From: Planctomycetota bacterium
GTDB taxonomy: Bacteria > Planctomycetota > B15-G4 > SIAN01
Length of the DNA stretch: 64,000 nt
Reading direction: 5' to 3'
Assembly: GCA_009691715.1 (NCBI GenBank)
Contig: SIAN01000023.1
Span: forward strand, 3,059 to 67,058
Shown: positions 30,312 through 39,654 of the stretch, in pieces
How the letters are laid out: the number at the start of each line of letters is the position of its first letter
Numbering within the stretch: the stretch's first letter is position 1
The notes under the pieces: model-generated
Told to the model about the DNA's origin: nothing
Databases searched by the model: none
What the model saw: only the letters and a program-made list of their open reading frames with translations
Made by a program: the position numbers and the translations under genes

Positions 30312-31522
30312 TGGCACCGCGCTGCGCCACTCGCCGCTCTGCGGCGAATCGATCGTCGCGTGCCGGCATGACACTCGTCGAGCTGATGGCCGCGATGACG
30401 ATCTTCCTCGGCCTTGCGGGAATGGTGCTGCAGGTGATGGGCGGCGGGCTCGACCTGTGGGTGACCGGCGAGCGCACGCGCGACGAGGGCGAGCAGGCGA
30501 GCGCGTTGCTCGACCGCATCTCCGCCGAACTGCGCCACGCCGTCGCCACCGACAGCGGTGAAGGCGAGCCGCGGGTGAAGTTCCTCTGCGACACGATCAC
30601 GCAGGACACCGATGGCGACGGGACGCACGACTTCCGGGCGCAACGACTGCTGTTCGTGCGCCGCCTGAGCGAAGAGCGCGTGCATCCGCCGTTGGTCGCG
30701 GCCGGCACGCACGAGCAGGGGGCGCAGCCGTTCGTGGGCGCGATCGAGTCGGCGGACGCCCGCTTCCAGGCGACTGAAGGACTGGTCGAGCAGGCGTTGC
30801 TCGCGCAACCTGACATGCGCGTCGGCTACGAAGGGCGGATCGTGCTGTGGCGGGCGCTGCGCAGCCCGATCGGTGGGCCGGAGAGTTTCTTCGCCAACGC
30901 GTTGCGCGATGGTGGAGGCCTCGATCGCGCGCCGCTCGAACCGCTGGCCGAAAACGTGCTGCTGTTCGCACTGGGGTTCCTCTCCGACAACGTGAACGAA
31001 AGCGTTGAAGATCCGGCCGCCCTGCCGGGCGACGCGCGCGGCCCGCAGTTCGTCTGGGATTCGACGCGCGGGATCCTGCCGCCGGGCGATGGCTTCACCG
31101 GTTTCCGTCAGGCGCGCAGCAACGCCTCGTTGAAGGACGCGGACGACGACGTCTTCCCGACGGCGGTGCGCATCACCGTCATCGTGGCGCCGCCTCCTGG
31201 CGAAGCGCCGCAGGCCGAGATCCAAAACGACATCCCGGCCTCGGCCGGCACGGTGCGCGTTGAGCTCCGGAATGGCCGCCACCTGAAGAAGCTCGGCGAC
31301 ATTGCGCGGTTGCTGAAGCTCGGCCACGAATGGGTCGAAGTCGCGGAGACCGACGGCGCCTCGCTGCTGATCACGCAGCGCGGACTGCTCGGCACGGCGC
31401 CCGCCATCCACCTCGCCGGCACCAAAGTGTTGGTCGGCCAGCGCTTCGAGCGGATCGTGTCGCTGCCCTGCGGGCGCGGCGACCTGATCTCGCGCGAGAT
31501 CGACCGCGGAGTGCAGCGATGA
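30311..31522 (+). CDS. GspJ-like minor pseudopilin (403 aa)
   Basis: SSRAG|MTLVELMAAMTIFLGLAGMVL class III signal with Glu+5. ATG shares 1 nt with the upstream TGA. Confidence 0.75.
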   Translation: MAPRCATRRSAANRSSRAGMTLVELMAAMTIFLGLAGMVLQVMGGGLDLWVTGERTRDEGEQASALLDRISAELRHAVATDSGEGEPRVKFLCDTITQDTDGDGTHDFRAQRLLFVRRLSEERVHPPLVAAGTHEQGAQPFVGAIESADARFQATEGLVEQALLAQPDMRVGYEGRIVLWRALRSPIGGPESFFANALRDGGGLDRAPLEPLAENVLLFALGFLSDNVNESVEDPAALPGDARGPQFVWDSTRGILPPGDGFTGFRQARSNASLKDADDDVFPTAVRITVIVAPPPGEAPQAEIQNDIPASAGTVRVELRNGRHLKKLGDIARLLKLGHEWVEVAETDGASLLITQRGLLGTAPAIHLAGTKVLVGQRFERIVSLPCGRGDLISREIDRGVQR

Positions 31523-32007
31523 ACGCGGCACGCCATGTGGCGCACGTTTCGGCGCACGTTTTGGAGTGCGGTGCTCCTCGCCGTCGCGACGCCGGCTTCA
31601 CGCTGCTCGAGGTGATGGCGGCGCTGTCGATCTTCCTGGTCGGCATCGTCAGCGTGCTGGCACTGCTGTCGACCGGGACCCGGCTGCATCAGGATTCGCG
31701 CGCGATGGCGATTGCGGCCGATGCGGCCGAGGAGATCCTGCTGCGCGCGACCAGCGAGCTCTCGGAGCTGGCCTCGGCGGAGGGCGCCGCGTTGCCGGAA
31801 CTCGCGACCGCGCAGCCGGTGCCGGGTCGCCCGGGACTGAGCTACCAATGGCGCGTCATCACCGCGCCAGAAGGCGGGCTGTACCGCCTGCTGGTCGAGG
31901 TGAGCTGGCAGCAGGGCGGCAAGCGCCGCACGCAGCAGCTCGAACGGGTTCTGCCGCGGCTGCGCTCGCCGAGCGCCGACGCGGCGAAGCTGCTGGCGGA
32001 ACGGTGA
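31519..32007 (+). CDS. GspI-like minor pseudopilin (162 aa)
   Basis: RRDAG|FTLLEVMAALSIFLVGIVSVLAL. Small size and C-terminal beta region (YRLLVEVSWQQGG) typical of GspI. ATGA overlap with the upstream gene. Confidence 0.75.
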   Translation: MNAARHVAHVSAHVLECGAPRRRDAGFTLLEVMAALSIFLVGIVSVLALLSTGTRLHQDSRAMAIAADAAEEILLRATSELSELASAEGAALPELATAQPVPGRPGLSYQWRVITAPEGGLYRLLVEVSWQQGGKRRTQQLERVLPRLRSPSADAAKLLAER

Positions 32008-32117
32008 GGCAGGACGGTGAGCCAGGACACTGAGACCAGGCCGTTGAGTTCGCGACGCACGACGATCAAGCTCGAAGTGGCGACGGCTTCGCCGGCCGTC
32101 GATCCGGAGGATGGACG

Positions 32118-33656
32118 ATGAAGATGGACATCGGCTGCAGGTTTGCGTTTGCGTTGCTGCTGTCGGTCGCGCCCCGCGCGGCGGCCGGCACAAACCCTGA
32201 CGGAGCGCCCGAGGTGATCCGACTCAAGGTCGGTACCGAGGTCGTGATCGAGGTGCTCGAGTTCGACGAGGCCAAGGGCGTGCGCGCCCGTCGCGTCGAC
32301 GACGGCGCACTGCTCGATCTCACCTTCGACCAGATGGTGGCCGAGGACGCGCAGCGCATTCGCGCCGGGAAGGGCTACTTGCCCGACGAGCCCGAGCCGG
32401 TGCTGGTCGACGCGATGCGGGTGAAGCTGATGGGTGGCGAGGAGTTCACTGGGATCATCGTCGAGCAGGGGAACGAGACCCTCACGCTGCGGCGCGGCAC
32501 GCAGACCTGGCCGTTGAAGCGGGCCGGCGTCCGCTCAATCACGCCGGTGCAGGTCGACGCGCTCGAGGTCTACGACGGAGAGGAGCTCTACGCGCAAGAG
32601 CTTGCCAAGCGCAATCCGCGGTTGGCGCTCGACCACTACAACCTCGCGCTCTTCTGCGAGAGCCTGCAGTTGTGGGTCCGCGCCAAGGAACACCTAGCGC
32701 AGGTCACGACGATCGAGCCGGGCTTCAAGGCCACCATCATCGACGGCAAGATCAAGCGTGCGACGCTGCGACTCGAGTCGGGCGAGGACTCGCTGCTGCT
32801 CGGCAAGGCGCAGCGCCTGGCGCAGCGCGACAATTACGACGCCGCGCTCAAGGCCGTCGACGACTTCCTGGAGAAGAAGCCCGGCTCGGCGCTGCGGGCC
32901 GAGTTCGAAAAGCAGCGGCGCCTGATCGCGGTGAGCCGCGAGAAGTGGCTGAAGCAGGAGGTCATCGTCCACTTCTTCAAATACGCCGAACGCGTCGCGC
33001 GCACGGTCGCCGGAGAGAAGGAGATCGGCGTCAAGCAGGCGCGCCAGCGCATGGAGCTCGAGGGGACGACCCTCATCATCGAGGCGACGTCGAAGTGGCT
33101 CAAAGTGCCGTCGGGCGAAGTCCAGGCGCAGTGGGAGGATCCGAAGCGCTTGACCGCGTCGCCGCACTACGCGAGCTACGGCGCCGGGACGTTCACGATC
33201 GGTTCGGTCGAGCAGATCCAGAAGGGGCTGGTGGCGCAGGCCGAGACCGCGAAGAAGGCGGATCCTGCCGCCGGCAACGCGGGCGCCGAGCAGGGCGACT
33301 ACCTCGAGAAGATCAAGAAGATCCTCGAGCAGAAGAAGAAGGAGGCCGACGAAGCCGCCAAGAACAAAGGCAAGCCGAAGGCTCCGCAGAAGCGCGGCCC
33401 GGAGATCGCCGACGTTCCGCCAACCGACGACGAGTGGTGGGCGACGGCCAGCAGCGACGAACGGGTCCAATACCTGATGGCGTGGTGGGCTGACCACGAC
33501 CCGCACGTGCAGATCATGAAGGTCGGCGCAACCGCCTGCCCGCAGTGCGCCGGCGAAGGGCTGATCCGTTTCTTCGATCGCAACGGCGACAACAAGTTCG
33601 TGCCGTGCTCGCGCTGCAAGAGTCTCGGCATCGACCGCACGCTGCGATTCCACTGA
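32118..33656 (+). CDS. Secreted protein of unknown function with a Lys-rich linker and a C-terminal CxxCxGxG / CxxC zinc-ribbon-like motif
   Basis: Signal peptide MKMDIGCRFAFALLLSVAPRAAAG. GGAGG RBS upstream. C-terminus ACPQCAGEGLIRFFDRNGDNKFVPCSRCKSLG. Confidence 0.7.
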   Translation: MKMDIGCRFAFALLLSVAPRAAAGTNPDGAPEVIRLKVGTEVVIEVLEFDEAKGVRARRVDDGALLDLTFDQMVAEDAQRIRAGKGYLPDEPEPVLVDAMRVKLMGGEEFTGIIVEQGNETLTLRRGTQTWPLKRAGVRSITPVQVDALEVYDGEELYAQELAKRNPRLALDHYNLALFCESLQLWVRAKEHLAQVTTIEPGFKATIIDGKIKRATLRLESGEDSLLLGKAQRLAQRDNYDAALKAVDDFLEKKPGSALRAEFEKQRRLIAVSREKWLKQEVIVHFFKYAERVARTVAGEKEIGVKQARQRMELEGTTLIIEATSKWLKVPSGEVQAQWEDPKRLTASPHYASYGAGTFTIGSVEQIQKGLVAQAETAKKADPAAGNAGAEQGDYLEKIKKILEQKKKEADEAAKNKGKPKAPQKRGPEIADVPPTDDEWWATASSDERVQYLMAWWADHDPHVQIMKVGATACPQCAGEGLIRFFDRNGDNKFVPCSRCKSLGIDRTLRFH

Positions 33657-33796
33657 CAGTCCACCACACCTTCAGTCGGTCGCGGGGACCGAAGGTCGAG
33701 CTCGCCACGCCGGGCGCCGGCGCCGGCGCTAATGTCGGCGCCTCGCTTCGCTCCTGTCGCTGCTGATTGGCGGCGGGGAGATCGGTTGGGTGAGGA

Positions 33797-34855
33797 GTGC
33801 GTGTGGGGTTGGCCCGACGCCGTTGGCTCGCAGTCGCAGGCACGAGCGTGATGGCGACTCTCGCCGTCGCGTGCGTCGGAGCGTCCACCGAGCCGCGCGA
33901 GTCGGCGCTGCCGCATTCGCAACGCGGCGCGAACGGTGCGCCCGCGGAGCGCAGCAACGCTTCGCGCGACGGCACCCAAGCGGAGCGCCAAAGCGCTCCG
34001 CTCACCAGCACCCAAGCGGAGCGCCAAAGCGCTCCGCTCACCAGCGCCGTAGCGATGGTCGATGGTGTGCCGATCGGGTCGGCGGCGGCGTTCCGGTTGT
34101 TGCTGCTGTCGGTGCCGGATGAGGCCAACAACGCGGTGCGTCAATTGGTGTTGGACCAGCTTGCAGCAGCCGAATCCGGCGCGGCTGGCGTCCGCGTGCC
34201 CGACGCCGTGCTCGAGCGCGAACTCGCGCGGCTCCTCACCGATCAAGAGCGGAAGATCGCCGAGGCGTCCCGCGGCAGCCGCGACCTCACGGCGCATGTG
34301 AAGGCGACCTGGGGAATCACGCGCGAGGCGTACGACGCGCTCGCGCGCTCGACGCTCGAACGGTCGCTGCGGCTCGAACGGGTGGTCCTGCACGAGCTCT
34401 GCCGCCATCCGCGGGTGCAGTTGCGGCTGCTGCGGGTGAAGGAGCGCGCGCTGGCCGAGGAGGTCGCGCGCAAGCTTGACCAAGGCGCTGATTTCGCGGC
34501 GCTGGCGCGGCAGCACTCGGAAGATGGCAGCGCGCGCGAGGGCGGCGTCTATCCGCCGCTCCCGTCCGACCTGCCGTCGCCGCTGTTCGACCATACGGAA
34601 AACCTCGCGGACGGTGAGCGCACCGCAGTGCACGAGGTCGCGACCGCCGATGGCCCTCGCTGGCGCATCGTGCAGTTGTTGGCGCGGTTGCCGGCGGACG
34701 ACCGGCCGCTGGCGGAGCGGAACGCGGCGATCGAAGCGCTGCTCGACGGCCGGGCGCTGGCGCCTCCGGAGCTCGAGGCGTGGATGCGGGTCATGGAAGA
34801 GCGGCACCAGATCCGCTTCCTCGGAGTGGAAGGTGAACTCGATGAGCGACGCTGA
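33797..34855 (+). CDS. Lipoprotein with a PpiC/parvulin-type peptidyl-prolyl isomerase domain (SurA/PrsA-like)
   Basis: Lipobox MATLAVAC. Parvulin-like LRLLRVKERALAEEVARKLDQGADFAALARQHSEDGSAREGGVYPPL. Contains a perfect 2x36-bp duplication. Confidence 0.75.
   Translation: MRVGLARRRWLAVAGTSVMATLAVACVGASTEPRESALPHSQRGANGAPAERSNASRDGTQAERQSAPLTSTQAERQSAPLTSAVAMVDGVPIGSAAAFRLLLLSVPDEANNAVRQLVLDQLAAAESGAAGVRVPDAVLERELARLLTDQERKIAEASRGSRDLTAHVKATWGITREAYDALARSTLERSLRLERVVLHELCRHPRVQLRLLRVKERALAEEVARKLDQGADFAALARQHSEDGSAREGGVYPPLPSDLPSPLFDHTENLADGERTAVHEVATADGPRWRIVQLLARLPADDRPLAERNAAIEALLDGRALAPPELEAWMRVMEERHQIRFLGVEGELDERR
33973..34044. repeat. Perfect 2x36-bp in-frame tandem duplication (TQAERQSAPLTS x2) in the parvulin lipoprotein gene
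   Basis: cacccaagcggagcgccaaagcgctccgctcaccag twice. The unit contains an internal palindrome ggagcgc-caaa-gcgctcc. Confidence 0.95.
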
Positions 34856-35591
34856 GACGTCCTTGCCGAACGCGGATCTGGCGAGCGAGTTCACCGACGA
34901 CTTGCTGCCGATCCTCGAATCGCTGCTGTTCGCGGCGCACGAATCGCTGTCGCCGCAGCGCATGGCGCGCGCGATCGGCCACATCAAGCCCGAGCGGGTG
35001 AGCCGCGGCCTCTCCGCGCTGCAACAGCAGTACGACCAGAAGCGCTCGCCGCTGATGCTCGCCGAGATCGCGGGCGGCTGGCGGCTGGTCACGCGCCCCG
35101 AGTACGCGCCGTTCCTCGCCCGGCTGTTCAGCAAGTCGGAGAAGGAGCGGCTCTCTTCGGCAGCGCTCGAGACCTTGGCGATCGTCGCCTATCGGCAGCC
35201 CGCAACGCGCGCCGAGATCGAGGCCGTCCGCGGCGTGCAAGTCGCGCCGGTGCTGAAACTGCTGCAGGAGCGGCGGCTGGTGAAGATGGTCGGCCGCGCC
35301 GAAGTGGTGGGGCGGCCGCTGCAGTACGGCACCACCAAGAAGTTCCTCGACCACTTCGGGCTGGCCGGCCTCGAGGAACTGCCGAAGGTCTTCCCCGGTC
35401 GCCACCCGAAGGCGCCGCCGGCCGTGGCCGCCGCGGAGACCGCGTCCGACGGCGAGGTCGCGGCGGCCGCGGAGACCGTGTCCGACGGCGAGGTCGCGGC
35501 CGCCGCGGAGACCGCGTCCGACCGGGAGGCCGGACTGGCTGCGGCGGCGCTCGACGATCCGGTCGACGAGGTCGGTCTCAAGATCCGCTGA
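34842..35591 (+). CDS. scpB: Segregation and condensation protein B
   Basis: LLPILESLLFAAHESLSPQRMA...LAEIAGGWRLVTRPEYAPFL...RLSSAALETLAIVAYRQPATRAEIEAVRGV...VGRAEVVGRPLQYGTTKKFLDHFGL. Repetitive acidic tail. Confidence 0.9.
   Translation: MSDAETSLPNADLASEFTDDLLPILESLLFAAHESLSPQRMARAIGHIKPERVSRGLSALQQQYDQKRSPLMLAEIAGGWRLVTRPEYAPFLARLFSKSEKERLSSAALETLAIVAYRQPATRAEIEAVRGVQVAPVLKLLQERRLVKMVGRAEVVGRPLQYGTTKKFLDHFGLAGLEELPKVFPGRHPKAPPAVAAAETASDGEVAAAAETVSDGEVAAAAETASDREAGLAAAALDDPVDEVGLKIR
35430..35523. repeat. About 2.6 copies of a 36-bp in-frame tandem repeat (AAETASDGEVAA) in the scpB tail
   Basis: gccgcggagaccgcgtccgacggcgaggtcgcggcg / ...gtg...gcc / partial third copy. Confidence 0.9.
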
Positions 35592-35793
35592 GGCAGGACC
35601 GCGGTTTTCCGACGAAGTCATGCGCTGGCAGACCGAGCCGCAGTAGGGGTTCATGAATCATCCGGGCTAGACTCCCAGCCCCTTTTCCAAAGCCCACGCT
35701 CCCGGAGAGCGGCGCCTCCGCGCCGGGGACGAACGGCGGCGGCGTGAACCGGCAGTCGTCGGCGTGCCCCTCCTCGGCGAGCGAGAGCGACTC

Positions 35794-37956
35794 ATGGCCT
35801 TCTCCCACTTCCACCGCAATCGCGCCAAGTACCTGGGATTCTTCCTCGTCGCCACGGTCTTCTCGCTGCTGGTGTTCCCGATCACGTCCGAGTTGACCGA
35901 CATGGCCTCGAATTTGTTCGGCAAGACGACCGGGCGCTTCACTTTCACCACCAGCGGCGGCAAGCAGGTGGCGGTCGAGGACGAGACGATCCAGGCGGCA
36001 TCGGTCGAACTCGCCGGCGCGGTCGGGGTCTTCGCCCAGCTCGGCGGCATCGATTCCTACTCGGCGCTCTCCGCTTCAGACCGCACCTATGCGCACCTGA
36101 TTCTGCTGGCTGACGCCGAGGAGCTCGGCATCGCGCCGCCCGCGGGTCGCGCACACGCGCTGATCGACGAATTCAAGCAGTTCGTGCAGCAGCGCAACCC
36201 GACCCGCAAGCTGCTCGTGTCCGAGTGGCACGCGATGCTCGCCCAGATGCGGCTCACCGAGGATCGCCTCGAGTTCCGCCTCGGCGAGCTCGCGCAGGTC
36301 GAGGCGTACGTGCGGGCGATGAAGGGCGTGCGCGTCCTCGATCCGGTTCGTGTGCATCAATTGGCAATGCCGAAGGCGACGCTGGTCACGCTCGATCACG
36401 TCGAGCTGCCGTTTCAGAAGTTCAAGGACGAGCTGCGCGCCGCGCCTCCGGCTGATGCCGACCTCGAAACCTGGTGGAAGGGGCTCGCGGCCGAAGTGAT
36501 CGAGAAGAAGTACACGCGCAGCGAGCGCTACACGATCGATCTGGTTGCGCTCGACGTGGCGGCCTGGGATCCGGCCACGGTCGCCGCCGAGCTGGTGGCG
36601 GCTGATCTTCTGGCGACGCTCGAACTCACTGACGAGGAGTACCTCGCCGATGGCAAGCGCGATGCGTTGCGCTACTTCGGCGATCGCAGCAAGGTTCCGG
36701 CCGCGGCCGCTGATGTCACGCCAGAGGCGCGCGCGAAGATCCTGAAGGACCGCCAGCTCAAGGCGACTTTCGAGAAGCTGCGCGCCGACTTCGACGCGGC
36801 AGTGGCGGCCCTCCCGCCGTTGGTTCCGCCTGCAGCGCTCGCGCCCGACGCTGACGATGCCGCCAAGGAGGCCGCGAAGCTGGCCGCGCAGAAGGTGCAG
36901 GAGGAGCGCGCCGCGACCGAAACCGTCGCGTTCGCCGGAATCGTCGCGAAGTACGGCTTCGCGGTCACGACCGTCGCGGACAAGGAGTCGAAGGAGCTCG
37001 CCGATCTCGATCCGCCGAAGGACACGTCGCTCCAGTTCCTGGTCCGCGGCTTGTCGGCACCCGGCCAAAGCGGCATCCGGACGCAGTCGGTCCTGCCGAC
37101 CGGGGAGCGCATCCATGGCTACTTGGTGCGCAAGGCGGCCGCCGACAAGGACGCCGAGCCGAAGCCCTTCGCCGAGGTGAAGGAGGACGCGCTCGCGCAG
37201 TGGATCGACGAGCACGCCGAGGAGAAGGCGAAGGCGAAGGGCGAAGAGCTCCTCGCGGCGCTCCTGGCGGAGGCCGAGAAGCTGGTGCCGGCCGAGGTCT
37301 TGGACGTCTACAAGGCCGAACTCAAAGCCGGAGTCGAGAAGCTCGACCAAGACAAGGAGCTCGACGACGACCAGCGGACGGTGGCGAAGAAGGCCAAGCA
37401 GTCGGCCTACGTCGGCTTGGTCTCGGGCTACGCCGGCGCCCGCTACGGCGCGCACTTCCTCGACATCGTCAAGTCGCTGGGTCTCGACGCGAAGCGTGTT
37501 GGACCGCACCGCCGCGACGTCTCGAGCAGTTGGTACTTCAACGACCGCTTCAGCGGTGCGGAGCGCTTCCTGTTCAGGCAGAACCGCTTTGCCACCAGTG
37601 CGCAGGACAGCAGCGGCCCCTCGCTGCTTTCGTTGGCGACGGGCGCGGTCCTCAACGAAGTGCTGGTCGACACGGCCAGCGGCGCCGCCTATGTCGCGAT
37701 GGTCGCGTCGAGCGTGCTGCCCGCGGTCGGCGACTTGACCGCGCGCGATCGCCAGCAGGCGGAACGCGATCTGCAGTCGGAGTGGAGCCGGTACGACAAC
37801 CCGTTCATGATGCAATTTCGCCAATTTGCGCCGCCGCCGCCGCCGGCCTACGAGAACCCGTTCGCGATGGTGCAGATCGCTCGGCGCCATCACCCGAAGC
37901 TCCGCGTGAACGACGCGAGCCAGTCGACCGCGGGGGCTTCGCCCTACGGCTACTGA
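35794..37956 (+). CDS. PpiD/SurA-N-like membrane-anchored periplasmic chaperone (no clear parvulin domain seen)
   Basis: MAFSHFHRNRAKYLGFFLVATVFSLLVFPI N-terminal anchor typical of PpiD. Long helical Ala/Lys/Glu-rich body. Confidence 0.6.
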   Translation: MAFSHFHRNRAKYLGFFLVATVFSLLVFPITSELTDMASNLFGKTTGRFTFTTSGGKQVAVEDETIQAASVELAGAVGVFAQLGGIDSYSALSASDRTYAHLILLADAEELGIAPPAGRAHALIDEFKQFVQQRNPTRKLLVSEWHAMLAQMRLTEDRLEFRLGELAQVEAYVRAMKGVRVLDPVRVHQLAMPKATLVTLDHVELPFQKFKDELRAAPPADADLETWWKGLAAEVIEKKYTRSERYTIDLVALDVAAWDPATVAAELVAADLLATLELTDEEYLADGKRDALRYFGDRSKVPAAAADVTPEARAKILKDRQLKATFEKLRADFDAAVAALPPLVPPAALAPDADDAAKEAAKLAAQKVQEERAATETVAFAGIVAKYGFAVTTVADKESKELADLDPPKDTSLQFLVRGLSAPGQSGIRTQSVLPTGERIHGYLVRKAAADKDAEPKPFAEVKEDALAQWIDEHAEEKAKAKGEELLAALLAEAEKLVPAEVLDVYKAELKAGVEKLDQDKELDDDQRTVAKKAKQSAYVGLVSGYAGARYGAHFLDIVKSLGLDAKRVGPHRRDVSSSWYFNDRFSGAERFLFRQNRFATSAQDSSGPSLLSLATGAVLNEVLVDTASGAAYVAMVASSVLPAVGDLTARDRQQAERDLQSEWSRYDNPFMMQFRQFAPPPPPAYENPFAMVQIARRHHPKLRVNDASQSTAGASPYGY

Positions 37957-38240
37957 GGCGGCGGAAGCCGGCCGCTCGGTTGGTCAGGCGCAGGCGGCAC
38001 CGGGTCGTAGCCCGAACCGCCGAACGGCTGGCACCGAGCGACGCGCCAGAGACCGAGCCACGCACCCTTCGCGGCGCCGTGCGTCTCCACCGCCGCACTG
38101 AAGTAGTGCGAGCAGGACGGGTGGAAGCGGCATTGAACCGGCACGATCCAGGCGAACGTGCGTTGATAGAAGTGCACGGCCGCCAGCAGTAGTCGGCGGG
38201 CGAATCGTCGATCGTTCAAACGGGTGGAGCCGCCGTTCAC
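37950..38240 (-). CDS. yidD: Membrane protein insertion efficiency factor YidD
   Basis: LLLAAVHFYQRTFAWIVPVQCRFHPSCSHYFSAAVETHGAAKGAWLGLWRVARCQPFGGSGYDPVP. ATGA overlap with rnpA. Confidence 0.92.
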   Translation of the reverse strand: MNGGSTRLNDRRFARRLLLAAVHFYQRTFAWIVPVQCRFHPSCSHYFSAAVETHGAAKGAWLGLWRVARCQPFGGSGYDPVPPAPDQPSGRLPPPQ

Positions 38241-38620
38241 GGTGGGGTGGTCCGGGGCCGCGATGGCGCGTGGCGGGCGGCGCGCCCTACGGCGTCCTGA
38301 AGCGCTCGGCGCGCACCGGCCAGGTCGTCGGGGAAGCGACCGGGTTGCGGCAGTGCGATCAGGTCGAGGGCTGGCAAGTTCGCCTTCTCCAACCGGAACG
38401 CCTCGCGCAACAGGCGCCGCGCGCGGTTCCGGTGCACGGCGTTCCCGAATCGGCGCGACGTGACCAAGCCGAGACGCGCGTGGCCCACCGCGGCGTCATG
38501 CACGTAGACGACCAACCCCTTGGCAAACGCCTTGCGACCGCCCTCGAAGGCGCGATCGAACTCGGGCTTGTGCAGGACTCGGTCGGTGCGCCGGAAACGC
38601 AGGTCCTGAGTGTGGGTCAC
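38237..38620 (-). CDS. rnpA: Ribonuclease P protein component
   Basis: LHKPEFDRAFEGGRKAF...ARLGLVTSRRFGNAVHRNRARRLLREAFR. GTGA overlap with the upstream gene. Confidence 0.9.
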   Translation of the reverse strand: MTHTQDLRFRRTDRVLHKPEFDRAFEGGRKAFAKGLVVYVHDAAVGHARLGLVTSRRFGNAVHRNRARRLLREAFRLEKANLPALDLIALPQPGRFPDDLAGARRALQDAVGRAARHAPSRPRTTPP

Positions 38621-39654
38621 GGGCCGCCGGCCGGCGATGCGGTGCGCTTCTCCGCCATCCGCGCCCGCAGTCGTGTCAGCGCTGTGACCGCCTTGCCGAC
38701 GGTGCTGTCGAGCGCGCCCGCCGACAGTTCGATGAACTTCTCGTAGTCGCGGATGGCGTTTTCATCGTCGGCGAGTTGTTCGCGGATCGCCGCGCGCGAA
38801 AAGTAATCGGCCGCGCCGAGCGCGCCGAACTTCTCAAGCTGCAGCATCGCGCTCGACGCCGAAGCGAAATCGCCATTCCGGTAGGACAGGATCGCGAGCT
38901 CGCGGCAGAGGCGCTGCCCGCGCGAGACGTTCATCAGTCGGTCGCGGTCGGTCCGCTCGCGCTCCGACTCGCCCATCGGCTGCGAGAGCTGCGCCGCGAA
39001 GACCTTGTCGGCCGCCTCGATCTTGTTGAGCGCGTCGAGCGCGTGGGTGACGAACGGCGCGTCGGCGCCCTCGTCGAGGTCGAGGAGCGCCAGATGGAAC
39101 GGGACGTCGCAAGGGGTGTTCTTCTTCACGCCCGACGCTGCGGCGGCCCGTTCGAGCGCCACCCGCGAGCGGGCGCGCAGGTCGGCGATCTCGGCTGCGA
39201 CCTCGGCGGGCTTCGGCGGATCCTTGAGTGCCGCGCGGGTGCGCGCGAGCTGCTGCAGCGCCATCCCGAGACCCATGTCGACCCGCCAGTCGTCGGCCCC
39301 GAACGCTCCGCCCATTTCTTCGAATTGCGCGACCGCAGCTTTGAGCTTCTTTGCCTCGGCCTGGCGCAGCAGCGAATAGCCGAGCGTCAGCTGCAGATTC
39401 TCATTCCCCGGGTCGAGCCCGAGGCCGCGCCGGCACTGGTCCTCGCAGCGCGCGAAGTCGGCGGCGTCGTAATACGCCTTCGAACTCACCTGATGCGAGA
39501 TCAGCCGGTTCTCCTCCTCCATCGAGAGGCATCCCGACGGAACGAGAAGACTCAGCAAGAAGAGCGGCAACAGGACGAACGTCGCGGGGGCTCGATCAGC
39601 TCGCCGACTTGCGGTCCTCGTCGCTGCACATCCAGGGCGAGTTCTGCAGCTCAT
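38617..39654 (-). CDS. TPR-like lipoprotein
   Basis: Signal plus lipobox FVLLPLFLLSLLVPSGC. Helical repeat body. The ATG at 39654 overlaps the ndk 3' end by 59 nt, so the start is uncertain. Confidence 0.65.
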   Translation of the reverse strand: MSCRTRPGCAATRTASRRADRAPATFVLLPLFLLSLLVPSGCLSMEEENRLISHQVSSKAYYDAADFARCEDQCRRGLGLDPGNENLQLTLGYSLLRQAEAKKLKAAVAQFEEMGGAFGADDWRVDMGLGMALQQLARTRAALKDPPKPAEVAAEIADLRARSRVALERAAAASGVKKNTPCDVPFHLALLDLDEGADAPFVTHALDALNKIEAADKVFAAQLSQPMGESERERTDRDRLMNVSRGQRLCRELAILSYRNGDFASASSAMLQLEKFGALGAADYFSRAAIREQLADDENAIRDYEKFIELSAGALDSTVGKAVTALTRLRARMAEKRTASPAGGP

